Part shown: positions 12,615 through 23,939 of the stretch, one piece after another
Position numbering within the stretch: the stretch's first letter is position 1
Layout: each line of letters begins with the position of its first letter
Assembly: GCF_006345805.1 (NCBI RefSeq)
Contig: NC_043020.1
Location: forward strand, 23,002,001-23,066,000
From: Octopus sinensis
Taxonomy: Eukaryota
Direction: 5' to 3'
Length of the DNA: 64,000 nucleotides
Position numbers and translations under genes: made by a program
Notes under the pieces: generated by a model
Told to the model about the DNA's origin: nothing
Database searches by the model: none
Seen by the model: the letters and a program-made list of their open reading frames with translations, nothing else

Positions 12615-12897
12615 AGGCGCAATGGCCTCGCGGTTTTCGATTCCCAGACCGGGCGTTGTGAGTGTTTATTGAGCGAAAACACCTAAAAACTCCACGAGCT
12701 CCGGCAGGGGGGGGTGGCGATCCCTGCTGTACTCTTTCGTCCAACTTTCTCTTTCTCTCACTCTTTTCTCTGTTGGCCTGTGCTCGCTTAGCCAGCGGGG
12801 TGGCGTCATTTCAAGGCTAAAACAATGCGAAGCGCGTTGTGACCAGCGATGTGTAACAACATCTGATAGCCTGGTCGGTCACGGTGATCACGGTGAT
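12615..12897 (+). mobile_element. SINE family E (ggcgcaatggcc head, ...ggtcacggtgatcacgtgata tail)
   Basis: Copies at 46986-47285 (+), 63262-63565 (-) and 36835-37005 (-, partial). Confidence 0.8.
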
Positions 12898-13875
12898 ATA
12901 TATATGTATGTATGTATATGGATGCACGACAAACTTAGTGTTTTGGTTACAATAACCACTCCCTTCACTGCGTTATTCTATAGGGTTATATGAGGGCTGA
13001 ATAGAGCCATGAGTTTATATATATATAGAAAGTAAAATGGATGTTGGAAAGAAAAGTTAATGTAGACAGATGTAAATAATAAATTATATGTATTTTATTT
13101 CCTACGTGCCTACAAGAAAAAGAAACTTCTAATCCGTTTAGTAGACATTGAGTAATAATAATACAACACCTCGTTTGTAATACAGATTTGCAATAGTGCA
13201 GACTTCAACTTCGAATATAATAAATCTTAATTTATAACAGATCAAGGTGGAATGTGTTCGCTAGACTCCGTTAAATATATTCATATTTCACAAAGTGAAG
13301 TGCATAAATGTGTTATAGGAAGTATTGTTGTATGTAAATTAAAAGTTAAAAATAGTAACCGGTTGCAGTAAATAGATAATATATATTTTTAAACTGGTTG
13401 AAGTTAATCTGTTGGAACAATATTAAGTAGAAGTTAACTTCTAGCAAGAGAAAACTGAGAAAGTTCCACAGCTGTTAGTGACAGCTACTCGAAGCAGAAA
13501 ACAGTTTTCCATATATAAACTTCCCCGAAATGTCTCTCCGACTATTAATTCCTGATCTACAGACATAACGGGTGACAAAAGTGAAATTAAAAGTCTTTGC
13601 GTAAGATTGCAACATAAGCTTTTCGTAGACTGATGAGAAATCAGTAAATGACAAATAAAATGAAAACTTAAAACTTATTTACGTCCCAACCACATGGTTC
13701 CAGTCCCAAGGCGTGGCACTTTGGCTTGTCTACTATATCCCCGGGGCAACCAAAGCCTTGTGAGTGGATTTGGTAGACGAAAAATGAAATAAGTCCATCG
13801 TTGTAACCACATGCGGGCAGTTGGCGATTTTCTTTCCCTCCGTTTTCTTTTTCTCTTGGACTTTCCTCTGTCTCC

Positions 13876-13912
13876 TGTTTCTGAAGAAGAGCTCTGCTCG
13901 AAACGTAAAATA
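13876..13912 (+). ncRNA. Minimal type I HHR, canonical core with extra A after A9, GUA site
   Basis: TGTTT CTGAAGA A GAGC-TCT-GCTC GAAA CG TA AAATA. Confidence 0.8.
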
Positions 13913-14027
13913 CCCCTTCTTTCCTTCCCTGAGCTTCTTATTCATACTTCGCATGTACCGCGTTGTTGTTTTTTCTCTTGTCCCCTTTACTTCGTTTTTT
14001 TCTTTTAATAAAAATTATATATATATA

Positions 14028-14199
14028 GGCGTAGGAATGACTGTATGGTAAGTAGCTTGCTAACGAACCACATAGTTCCGGGTTCAGTCCCACTGCGTGG
14101 CACCTTGGGCAAGTGTCTTCTACTATAGCCTCAGGTCAACCAAAGCCTTGTGAGTGGATTTGGTAGACAGAAACTGAAAGCAAGCTTGTAATATATATG

Positions 14200-14247
<48 letters not shown>

Positions 14248-14440
14248 TGTGTTTGTCTCCACCAACATCGCTTGACAACCGATGCTGGTGTGTTTACGTC
14301 CCCGTAACTTATCGGTTCGGCAAAAGAGACCGATAGAATAAGTACTAGGCTTACAAAGAATAAGTCCTGGGGTCGATTTCCTCGACTAAAGGCGGTGCTC
14401 CAGCATGGCAACAGTCAAATGACTGAAACAAGTAAATGAG
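14028..14440 (+). mobile_element. SINE family A
   Basis: Same layout; a partial head also at 13690-13800. Confidence 0.85.
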
Positions 14441-14788
14441 AATGATATATATATATATATAGGGAAAATTTACGAAAAAACAAAAGACGAAGACAGGTGG
14501 TGTACAAAACTAACAGATGTATTAGTATAACTGAAAACGGGCAACTAACCTTTAGAAAATAAATTTCGTTATCTCTATATTGCTTAGTAGTAAACTCGAT
14601 GCTTGCTTAAGGAGGACTGGTAACCATTACAATTTGTAGCGGCGAAAGGTATGGCGTTGTTTCTGAGGCTGACCAAGAATTTTATTTTTAGATATAAGTG
14701 ATGTACTCAAGTGTAGTTATGTTTTTTAGCTTGTGCTTTTTCCATGATCATACGTGAGTATAGTATTTATATCCCATCGAAAGTTCTA

Positions 14789-14833
14789 CTGAGAAGGAAT
14801 ATATCTTTTTTTAAGATTAGTCCGAAATTATTC
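14789..14833 (+). ncRNA. HHR-like core in tandem unit 1 (one A missing from core)
   Basis: CTGAGA AGGA...TCC GAAA TTATTC; homologous to units 2-4; stems I and III non-canonical. Confidence 0.35.
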
Positions 14834-15260
14834 ATATAGAGATAACGAAATTTAAATTTTCTAAAGGTTAGTTGCCCGTTTTCAGTTTCAATTTTCCTGT
14901 AACAAGCGGATTATAAGTGGATTAAAACAGTGTATTTGGCTTTAGAATAACCTCTTTAGCCCTTAATTATATGATGTATATTGCCAACCGTAACGGTTTT
15001 TTTAAAATACTGCCCACGCTTCCTGATGAATTCCTTTGCTGTAGAGTAAGGGACTTCATCCTATGTTGCCTAGTAGTAAAATCGATGCTTGCTACAGGAG
15101 GACTGGTAACCATTACAAGTAGTGAAAGGTCTAGTTGTTTTCTGAGGCTGACAAAGAATTTTTATTTTAGATATAAGTGATGTATCAAGTGTAGTTATGT
15201 TTTAGCTTGTGCTTTTCCATGATAATACGTGAGTATTTTTTTATACCCATCGAAAGTCTA

Positions 15261-15307
15261 CTGAAGAAGGAATATATCTTTTTTATAGATTAAGTCCGAA
15301 ATTATTC
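15261..15307 (+). ncRNA. HHR-like core in tandem unit 2
   Basis: CTGAAGA A GGA-ATATATC...GAT-TAAG-TCC GAAA TTATTC; stems I and III weak. Confidence 0.45.
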
Positions 15308-15732
15308 AATATAGAGATAACGAAATTTAAATTTTCTAAGGTAGTTGCCCGTTTTCAGTTTCAATTTTCCTGTACCAAGCGGATTATAAGTGGATAAAAC
15401 AGTGGATTTGGCTTTAGAATAACCTCTTAGCCCTTAATTATATGATTATCTTGCAACGTAACGGTTTTTTTAAATATACTGCCCACGCTTCTGAGATTCT
15501 TTGCTGTAGAGTAAGGGACTTCATTATTGCTTAGTAGTAAACTCGTGCTTGCTACAGGAGGACTGGAACATTACAATTTGTAGCGGCGCGAAAGGTCTGA
15601 CGGTGTTTTCTGAGCTGACCAAAGAATTTTTATTTTTAGATATAAGTGATGTACTAAGTGTAGTTATGTTTGTAGCTTGTGCTTTTTCCATGATCATACG
15701 TGAGTATTTTATTTATACCATCGAAAGTTCTA

Positions 15733-15780
15733 CTGAAGAAGGAATATATCTTTTTTATAAGATTAAGTCCGAAATGATTC
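15733..15780 (+). ncRNA. HHR-like core in tandem unit 3
   Basis: CTGAAGA A GGA...TCC GAAA TGATTC; stems I and III weak. Confidence 0.45.
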
Positions 15781-16210
15781 AATATAGAGATAACGAAATT
15801 TAAATTTTCTAAAGGTAGTTGCCCGTTTTCAGTTTCAATTTCCCGTAACAAGCGGATTATAAGTGGATAAAACAGTGTATTTGGTTTAGAATAACCCTCC
15901 TTAGCCCTTAAATATGATGTAATTGCAACCGTAACGGTTTTTTTAAATATACTGCCCACGCATCCTGATGAATCCTTTGCTGTAGAGTAAGGGACTCATC
16001 CTATAGCTTAGTAGTAACTCGATGCTGCTACAGGAGGACTGTGGTACCATTACAATTTGTAGCGCGAAAGGTCTGGACGTTGTTTTCTGAGGCTGACCAA
16101 AGAATTTTATTTTTAGATATAGTGATGTACTCAAGTGTAGTTTGTTTTTTTAGTTGTGCTTTTTCCATGATCATACGTGAGGATTTTATTTATATCCAAT
16201 CGAAAGTTTA

Positions 16211-16257
16211 CTGAAGAAGGAATATATCTTTTTTATAAGTTAAGTCCGAAATGATTC
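16211..16257 (+). ncRNA. HHR-like core in tandem unit 4
   Basis: CTGAAGA A GGA...TCC GAAA TGATTC; stems I and III weak. Confidence 0.45.
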
Positions 16258-16689
16258 AATATAGAGATAACGAAATTTAAATTTTCTAAAGGTTAGTTGC
16301 CGTTTCAGTTTCATTTTCCTGTAACAAGCGGATTATAGTGGATTAAAACAGTGTATTTGGCTTTAGAATAACCCTCTTTAGCCCTTAATTAATGATGTAT
16401 ATTGCAACCGTAACGGTTTTTTTTAAAATACTGCCCACGCTTCCTGATGATTCCTTTGATGTAGAGTAAGGGACTTCATCCTATAGTGCTATATATATAT
16501 ATATATATATATACATATATTCATGGTGGTGCTCCAGCAGGACCACACCCACCTGGCTGAAACATAAAATAAAAGAAGATATGCATTTGTTTTTATGTGT
16601 GCATGCGTGTATGTATGTATGTATGTATGTATGTATGTATGTATGTGTGTGTTTATGTAATCTGTGCTATGCCTGTGTTGTGTTTTTAA

Positions 16690-17110
16690 TAGGAGTGGCT
16701 GTGTGGCAAGTAGCTTGCTTGTCAACCACATGGTTCCGGGTTCAGTCCCACTGCGTAGCACATTGGGCAAGTGTCTTCTATTATAACCTCGGGCCGACCA
16801 AAGCCTTGTGAGTGGATTTAGTAGACAGAAACTGAAAGAAGCCCGTCGTATATATGTATGTATATATGTATGCGTTGTGTGTGTGTGTGTGTGTGGTGTG
16901 TGTGTTATGTTTGTCTCCCAGCATCGCTTGACAACCGATGCTGGTGTGTTTACGTCCCCGTAACTTAGCGGTTCGGCAAAAGAGACCGATAGAATAACTA
17001 CTAGGCTTACAAAGAATAACTCCTTGGATCGATTTGCTCGATCGACTAAAAGGCGGTGCTCCAGCATGGCCGCAGTCAAATGACTGAAACAAGTAAAAGA
17101 CTAAAAAGAG
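16690..17110 (+). mobile_element. SINE family A
   Basis: aggagtggctgtgtgg...aagaagcccgtcg, microsatellite, body, gtaaaaga tail. Confidence 0.85.
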
Positions 17111-17169
17111 TATATGTGTGTATGTGTGTGGTGCGTACGAACATGTGCGCGCGTAAGGTCCATACGCAT

Positions 17170-17211
<42 letters not shown>

Positions 17212-17354
17212 GTCAGTGCCTATGTTTGTAGGTCACGAGAAATATTTGTTAAGTCGTGGAATAATCGATCACAATATTTGATATATATTTGATCACCAAC
17301 AACAGGATGAGAGACGCCGATTCCATTACTCTCCTTCTCTCTCCCTTGTTCATT

Positions 17355-17535
17355 CACTCTTTCTTTCTCTCTCTCTGTCTCTATGTCTCTCTGTCTCTCT
17401 GTCTCTCTGTCTCTGTCTCTCTGTCTCTCTGTCTCTGTCTCTCTGTCTCTCTGTCTCTCTGTCTCTCTGTCTCTCTGTCTCTCTGTCTCTGTCTCTCTGT
17501 CTCTCTGTCTCTGTCTCTCTGTCTCTCTGTCTCTG

Positions 17536-17566
<31 letters not shown>

Positions 17567-17570
17567 TTCT
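17355..17570. repeat. (CTCTGT/CTCTCTGT)n satellite
   Basis: Directly visible. Confidence 0.95.
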
Positions 17571-17826
17571 CGTTTTCGCTGCGCAAATTGTCTCTACATA
17601 TATTTATACATATATGCATAGACAGATAGAAGCATATACCTCTATTTATCCGTCTATCGATCGACACACACACACACTTACACACACACACACACACGTA
17701 CATACACAAGTATATGCATACACACACGCACACACACATGTATCCATATAGATATGCATGTATTTAAAGATAAAAGAAGGAAATTTCGTATATATATGAC
17801 ATTATATCCTTTATATCGTTCGCCAA

Positions 17827-17908
17827 ATATGCTATAGTAAGTTTATAATAGCATCTCTACATTCTATTGTGCATATATATAAATATACATACATACATAC
17901 ATACATGC

Positions 17909-17944
<36 letters not shown>

Positions 17945-18034
17945 ATATATATATATGTATGCATGTATGTATGTATATTTATATATATGCACAATAGAAT
18001 GTAGAGATGCTATTATAAACTTACAATAGCATAT
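17827..18034. repeat. ~208-bp palindrome centred on a (TA)n tract
   Basis: Left arm atatgctatagtaagtttataatagcatctctacattctattgtgc is the reverse complement of the right arm with one mismatch. Confidence 0.9.
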
Positions 18035-18218
18035 ATATATATATATCATACATGTACGCATGTATATATACATATACACGTATTGGATATATATATATAT
18101 ATAATATAATATAATATGCATAAATACATAAAACATACATTCATATATGTATATATGAATGGCTGTACACATCTCTCTCTCTTCTCTCTCTCTCTATATT
18201 TATATATATTATATTATA

Positions 18219-18251
<33 letters not shown>

Positions 18252-18556
18252 GTATTTAATAAACAGTATATATATTTTTATGAGCTATTATTAGTTTCAT
18301 GCGATGAAAGCAACTCATAAAAATATAATAATGGGTTTATTAAATAATATTTATCTCTCACCAGATGGAGTACTTAATTTTGTTCATCTTGCCATCACCG
18401 AACAATACACTTTATATGTGTGTGTGTGTGTGTGTTGATTTGACTATATAGACATATATAATCAAATGAAATAAAGAAATATTAAAAGTAAGAATAATAA
18501 ACAATAGGATTTGCACATGGAATCTATTAGTTTGACGCTCGGTTTAAGAGAGAAAT

Positions 18557-18594
18557 TTTGACGTTTCGAACATTATTCTCTTCGTCGGAAACGG
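18557..18594 (-). ncRNA. Minimal type I HHR, U4C variant, GUC site
   Basis: Minus strand: GTTT CCGACGA A GAG-AATAATG-TTC GAAA CG TC AAAA. Confidence 0.65.
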
Positions 18595-18608
18595 AAATGC
18601 CTTTAGCT

Positions 18609-18648
<40 letters not shown>

Positions 18649-19477
18649 ATATATAGTGTGTGGTGTGTGGTGTGTATATATATTACTGTATATGTTATAT
18701 AAATGTGTATGCATACATACACACACACTATATATATGTATATAATATATATATGTATATAGATATGTGTATATATATGTACATGTATATATGCATACAT
18801 GCAACATACATGGACACATACTTATATATGTTTTAATCCCTTATAAACATACATACATACATATATGTGTGCGTGCGTGTGTGTATATGTATGTATATAT
18901 ATATATATATATATTGTAATTTGTATAATATATAGATATATATATATATATGTATATGTATATATGTATATATATGTATATATATATATGTATATATATA
19001 TATAGTTATATATATATATTATACATGTATATATATATATGTATGTATATATATGTATATATATATATATGTGTGTGTATGTATGTATGTATGTATATAT
19101 ATTGATTTAAACGTAGGCAAAGAGTGCTGTGCATGTATGTGTATTTTGTTGTTCGTTGACATCGAATTAATTTCTCCACTAAAACTAAGGCTGTCCCACT
19201 TTTATCCGTTTATATTCGTGGAGTTGTACATCTGTTTCAATACTAAAATTCTAATTTAATTACAAGATCGATATCAGCTCAAAGCTGACAGTACTTTTAA
19301 TATCCTCTAGACACTTTGTCTGGATTGTCTCATTTTCTTTACCTTTTGGTTGTCTTCATTCGTTTCATTCCGCCATCCTCTCTGTCTCTATACTTATAAC
19401 CTACCTACTTACTTACCAACCTACCTACAAAAATACATACATCAGGGATATCTAAGCTTAATGGTACAGAGAGCAAA

Positions 19478-19890
19478 AGACGGTGAGCTAGCAGAATGGT
19501 TAGCACGCCGAGCGAAATGCGTAGCCGTATTTCGACTGCCGTTACGTTCTGAGTTCAAATTCCACCGAGGTCGACTTTGCCTTTCATCCTTTCGGGGTCG
19601 ATTAAATAAGTACCAGTTACGCACTGGGGTCGATATAATACACTTAATCAGTTTGTCTGTCCTTGTTTGTCCTCTCTGTGTTTAGCCCCTTGTGGGTAGT
19701 AAAGAAATAGGTATTTCGTCTGCCGCTACGTTCTGAGTTCAAATTCCGCCGAGGTCAACTTTGCCTTTCATCCTTTCGGGGTCGATAAATTAAGTACCAG
19801 TTACGCACTGGGTTCGATATAATCGACTTAATCCGTTTGTCTCTCCTTGTTTGTCCTCTCTGTGTTTAGTCCCTTGTGGGTAGCAAAGAA
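19478..19890 (+). mobile_element. SINE family C (gcctttcatcctttcggggtcgat centre, Nin/Deu-like), dimeric
   Basis: Head ggtgagctagcagaatggttagc, then two tandem bodies; a further copy at 20185-20395. Confidence 0.8.
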
Positions 19891-20460
19891 ACAGGTGCAG
19901 AAAGCTCATCCGACGTTTTGAAAGGTAGGGTTCGAATATCTACCTGTTTGTTATTCAATTTTTTCCCCCTCTTCCAACGGGTATGTATCCGATTTTCTAA
20001 GCGATTTCTACAGCCATCCTGAATTCGAGAATTCCTGTATTTTCCATGACACATTCGGCACTTATAGGTTTGTTTATAGAATATATCATATTGTGACATG
20101 GAAGGGTCATTGCACCAATAATAATAACAACACACGCACTGGTTCTATTTCACTTCTTTAATGTTCCTCAATATCATTATTATTGGCAAGGCAGCAAGCT
20201 GGCAGAATCGTTACCACGCGGGGCAAAATGTTTAGCGGCATTTCGTCGGTCTTCACGTTCTGAGTTCAAATTCTGTGGAGGTTGATTTTGCCTTTCATCG
20301 TTTCGGGTTCGATAAAATAAGTATCAATTGAGTTCTGGGGTTCGATGTAATCGCCTTATTCCCTACCTCGAAATTGCTGGCCTTGTGCCAAAAAAAATAT
20401 ATATATACATATATGTATATATATATATATATTTACATATATATATACAAATGATTTACG

Positions 20461-20645
20461 TTTGCGCAGAGGTTTGAAAAGTTAGGATATACAAACCGTT
20501 AGATCTACATGTGCTTCTAACAGTCTGTGCGTCTAGGATTACGAAGGCTTCCCACTGAAGGACCTGGCCTGGCAAATATATTCTGTGTGTTTGCTAAAAA
20601 TAGGTAGAAACCGTTCGGTCTGGAATATAGTTGAGATGGTAAATG
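20461..20645 (+). repeat. ~190-bp dispersed structured repeat with HHR, copy 1
   Basis: Homologous along its full length to 26695-26882. Confidence 0.8.
20549..20625 (+). ncRNA. Type I HHR with extended stem II, A9G variant, GUC site
   Basis: TTCCCA CTGAAGG ACCT...TGGCAAATA/TGTTTGCTA...AGGT A GAAA CCG-TT-CGG TC TGGAA; homologous to 26784-26861. Confidence 0.75.
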
Positions 20646-20950
20646 TATATATATATGTATGTATGTATGTATGTGTGTGTGTATGTGTGTGTGTGTATGT
20701 ATGTATGTATGTATGTATGTATAAGCAAACTGGCTCACGAAGACAATCTCCATAAGGGACAAAAGCAGTATTTATACTGAGAAGTAATGTTTATCGCTGC
20801 CTAGACTTGACTGTTCAATAAAAAATGACAATACTGCTACTTCGAATCCTTGAGGACTCGTCTTCCAGCTCTCCAGCTGGCTATTCCGTGCGCTTCACAC
20901 TTGATATATATGGCAAGCGGGGAGATAACTCCCTACTATTCCAGCTCCGA

Positions 20951-21010
20951 GACAACCAGACTGCGCAGTTTCGACCTTACTATGGTCATCTTCGGTGATA
21001 GATATTCGTC
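20951..21010 (-). ncRNA. Type I HHR, U4C variant, palindromic stem III, GUC site
   Basis: Minus strand: ATCA CCGAAGA T GACC-ATAGTAA-GGTC GAAA CTGCGCAG TC TGGT; possible distal stem I GACG/TGTC. Confidence 0.75.
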
Positions 21011-21134
21011 CGCTTGACGTAGCAGTAGTTTATCTCAGCTTGCAATATATATATTACAGAAAAAGTGACACAGTGTCACTGGTCTTGCAGCAAGCAAACT
21101 AGCTCTTTAAGAAAATCGCTATAAGAAATGAAGG

Positions 21135-21535
21135 CAGAACCGTTAGCACGCCAGGCGAAATGCTTAGCCGTATTTCGTCTGCCTTTACGTTCTGAGTTCA
21201 AATTCCACCGAGGTCGACTTTGCCTTTCATCATTTCGGGGTTGATAAATTAAGTACCAGTCACGCACTGGGGTCGATGTAATCGACTTAATTCGTTTGTC
21301 TGTCCTTGTTTGTTCCCTCTGTATTTAGTCTCTTGTGGGTAGTAAAGAAATAGGTATTTCGTCTACTGTTACGTTCTGAGTTCAAATTCTGCCGAGTTCG
21401 ACTTTGCCTTTCATCCTTTCGGGGTTGATAAATTAAGTACCAGTTACGCACTGGAGTCGATGTAATCGACTTAATTCGTTTGTCTGTCCTAGTCTGTCCT
21501 ATCTATGTTTAACCCCTTGTGGGTAATAAAGAAAC
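21135..21535 (+). mobile_element. SINE family C, dimeric
   Basis: Same tandem-body structure as 19478-19890. Confidence 0.8.
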
Positions 21536-22134
21536 ATAAATTGAGAAGTAACGTTTATCGCATCTTCCTCGGGTTAAAATAACTGTATCATCTGTTCTTA
21601 TAGAGCATCCGTGCTTAAGTGGCGATAAACATTACACACACGCACACACACACACACACACACGTACACATACACAAACATACATGTATATATACACACA
21701 GAAACAAAATGACTAGATGACCACAGTTGGGGAGCAGTAGAACATATATCTATAAAAATAAAAACTTTTGCTTATTAAGTCTGTCCATCAGGACTTAGCT
21801 AGGACCAAAACCACAACATTAACATCTAGCCGATGCTGAAAGAAGTAGACAGGAATTTGGAGTATTTCCAATAAAGAAAAAGAAAAAACAAAAAGAAGGA
21901 AAACCTGTTATTTTAGAAAAGTCAAACATTTTGCTGAAATAAGAATTTAATAGAAACGATTCGAATGCCCCTCTCAAAAGATCTCGGGTCACAGGGTTAG
22001 CATTAGATTTCACGGTATCCATCAAGTCTGAGTCTAATTGCTTTTGACAGGATCGAAGGTCAATTCGCCGTTGGCGGTACGGGACAGAATAAAAAAGATG
22101 AGTGATGTCATAAATCGAATCGATTTCAGTAGAG

Positions 22135-22168
<34 letters not shown>

Positions 22169-22540
22169 CAGTGGAGATGCGAGTGGTGGTGGTGGTAGTA
22201 GTAGTAGTAGTAGTTGCTGCAGTGGAGACGAGAGTGGTAGTGGTAGTAGCAGTAGTAGCAGTGGTGGTATTGGTGATAGTAGTAGCAGTAGTAGTAGTAG
22301 TAATAGCAGTGGTGATGGCGGTGGTGGTAGTAGCAGCAGTAGTAATAGTAGCAGTGGAGATGGTAGTAGTGGTGATAGTAGTAGTGGTGGTGGTGGTAGT
22401 AGTAGTAGTAGATGTAAAGTAGTAATGCTAAGGTAGTAATGGTGGTGGTGGAAGTAGTAGTAGTAGTAGTAGTTGTAGTACTAGTAGTAGTAGTATGATA
22501 ATAGTGATAAAGTAGTAGTGGTAGCAGTAGTAGTAGTATG
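22135..22540. repeat. (AGT/GGT/AGC)n compound trinucleotide repeat
   Basis: Directly visible; produces poly-S/V pseudo-ORFs. Confidence 0.95.
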
Positions 22541-22693
22541 TCGTTAGAATGAGATAGGAGTGCTCAATACATATTGTAGAGGACAGGAGTTTTTTCATTG
22601 AAACTGAAACAGTCTCACGAACTTCACGCTACAAGCAAAAACAACACGCACACGGACACACACAAACACACGCATAACACACAATATATATAT

Positions 22694-22736
<43 letters not shown>

Positions 22737-23049
22737 TAAAATGAATAAAAAAATGGAGTTAACGCAGGTTAAAACAAGTATTTTTACTTTCTACATATGT
22801 ATCGAAAATTCCACTGATACTATTCAAAAGAATAAAAGGTATAAACAATGCAATCTTCTCTTCGGGAAAGTGAAAAAACGAAACTCGTCACCTGCTATTA
22901 CTACTACTACTACTGCTACTACCATCACCAATACCACCACTGCTACTACCACTACCACTCTCGTCTCCACTGCAGCAACTACTATATATATATATATATT
23001 ATTATATATATATATATATATATAATATATATAATATATATATATAATT

Positions 23050-23830
23050 AATCAAAATAAAAACACGATGCCAAGAATTCAGCGGTACATATGTTTCGGG
23101 TCTTTATTAGACGGATTTATAACAATGTATAATGTTTGTCTATGGCCTTCTTCAGCCGCGCACAATTGCTACTTCAAGGACATGTATTACATCATAAATT
23201 CTGTCGCGTACGACATAGTGGGGCACCAGCACAAAAATGAAGCGTCCATCTCGTTTTTCACTCAATATATATATATACACACGCGCGCATAAATATATGT
23301 TTATATTATATATGTTTATATAAACATAAATATATGTTTATATTATTAAACAATTAAAAAATCAAAATTAAAAATTGAAAAGTTATAGGATTAAGACATC
23401 CAAAAGTCAAATAAGGTTGTTTGGTATTAACTAAGGTGTGTTCGGTATATATACTGTGTGATGATGTAGGTTGCATTTAGATTTGTTGTAACATTTGAAG
23501 GTATGAAAAAAGCGGTGGTTCCATGTACCTAGGGCCTCATTATACCCATTTAGTAGTATTGAAGAGTTGTGATTTAATGTGGAATGCCTCTTTTATACAT
23601 AACCTACAGGCTGATCGTTGACCCTGGTATGGAAGTCTTGAATGTATTATGGACCATGACAAGTTATATGGAATATTCGTCAGGGATCAAGGTGAACACG
23701 GGATCTCCTAAAGACAATGTAAACTTCATATGATCAAGATATCCTTGGACTGAAGAGTAGCTTGCAGTCTGCCCCTAGTTTGGATAATTACTACTTCCAA
23801 GGTTCCGCTAGCTATGAAACATGTAACCGG
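23050..23830 (-). mobile_element. PLE 3' remnant: GIY-YIG C-terminus, pLTR with HHR, (TA)n
   Basis: Minus-strand frameshifted NIPYNLSWSII...ACRLCIK/EAFHIK...LLNGYNE...NHR at about 23490-23690 resembles a PLE endonuclease C-terminal Cys/His region; HHR at 23082-23159. Confidence 0.7.
23082..23159 (-). ncRNA. Type I HHR, canonical core, long stem II, GUA site
   Basis: Minus strand: GCGG CTGAAGA A GG..TAGAC...GTCTA..CCC GAAA CATATG TA CCGC; lies downstream of a GIY-YIG fragment, just before (TA)n. Confidence 0.8.
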
Positions 23831-23876
23831 GGATTTATCTATTTCATTCATTAATTTTTGGATGTATATGTATATA

Positions 23877-23939
<63 letters not shown>

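Larger units (their letters stand above)
14531..16490 (+). mobile_element. Four tandem ~480-bp units with a 5' inverted segment (non-autonomous PLE/retrozyme-like)
   Basis: Units start at about 14581, 15067, 15528 and 16005; 14531-14580 is the reverse complement of about 14834-14885; ends in (TA)n. Confidence 0.7.

Noticed and set aside
13625-13645. CTGATGA as an HHR
   Set aside because: It forms a local CTGAT/ATCAG hairpin, with no compatible GAAA-stem III-UH.
15023-15060. CTGATGA in each tandem unit as a second HHR
   Set aside because: It is part of a plain long hairpin (GATGAA/TTCATC) with no GAAA.
14531-16490. CRISPR-like array
   Set aside because: Units are ~480 bp whole-unit repeats with no unique spacers, in eukaryotic DNA.
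19900-20125. Minus-strand ORF faintly resembling a LINE RT pre-ADD region
   Set aside because: No catalytic motif; the similarity is too weak to support.
21823-21942. Peptide ...VILEKSNILLK resembling ClpX
   Set aside because: A stop follows immediately, with no Walker A motif, no donor site and no upstream similarity.
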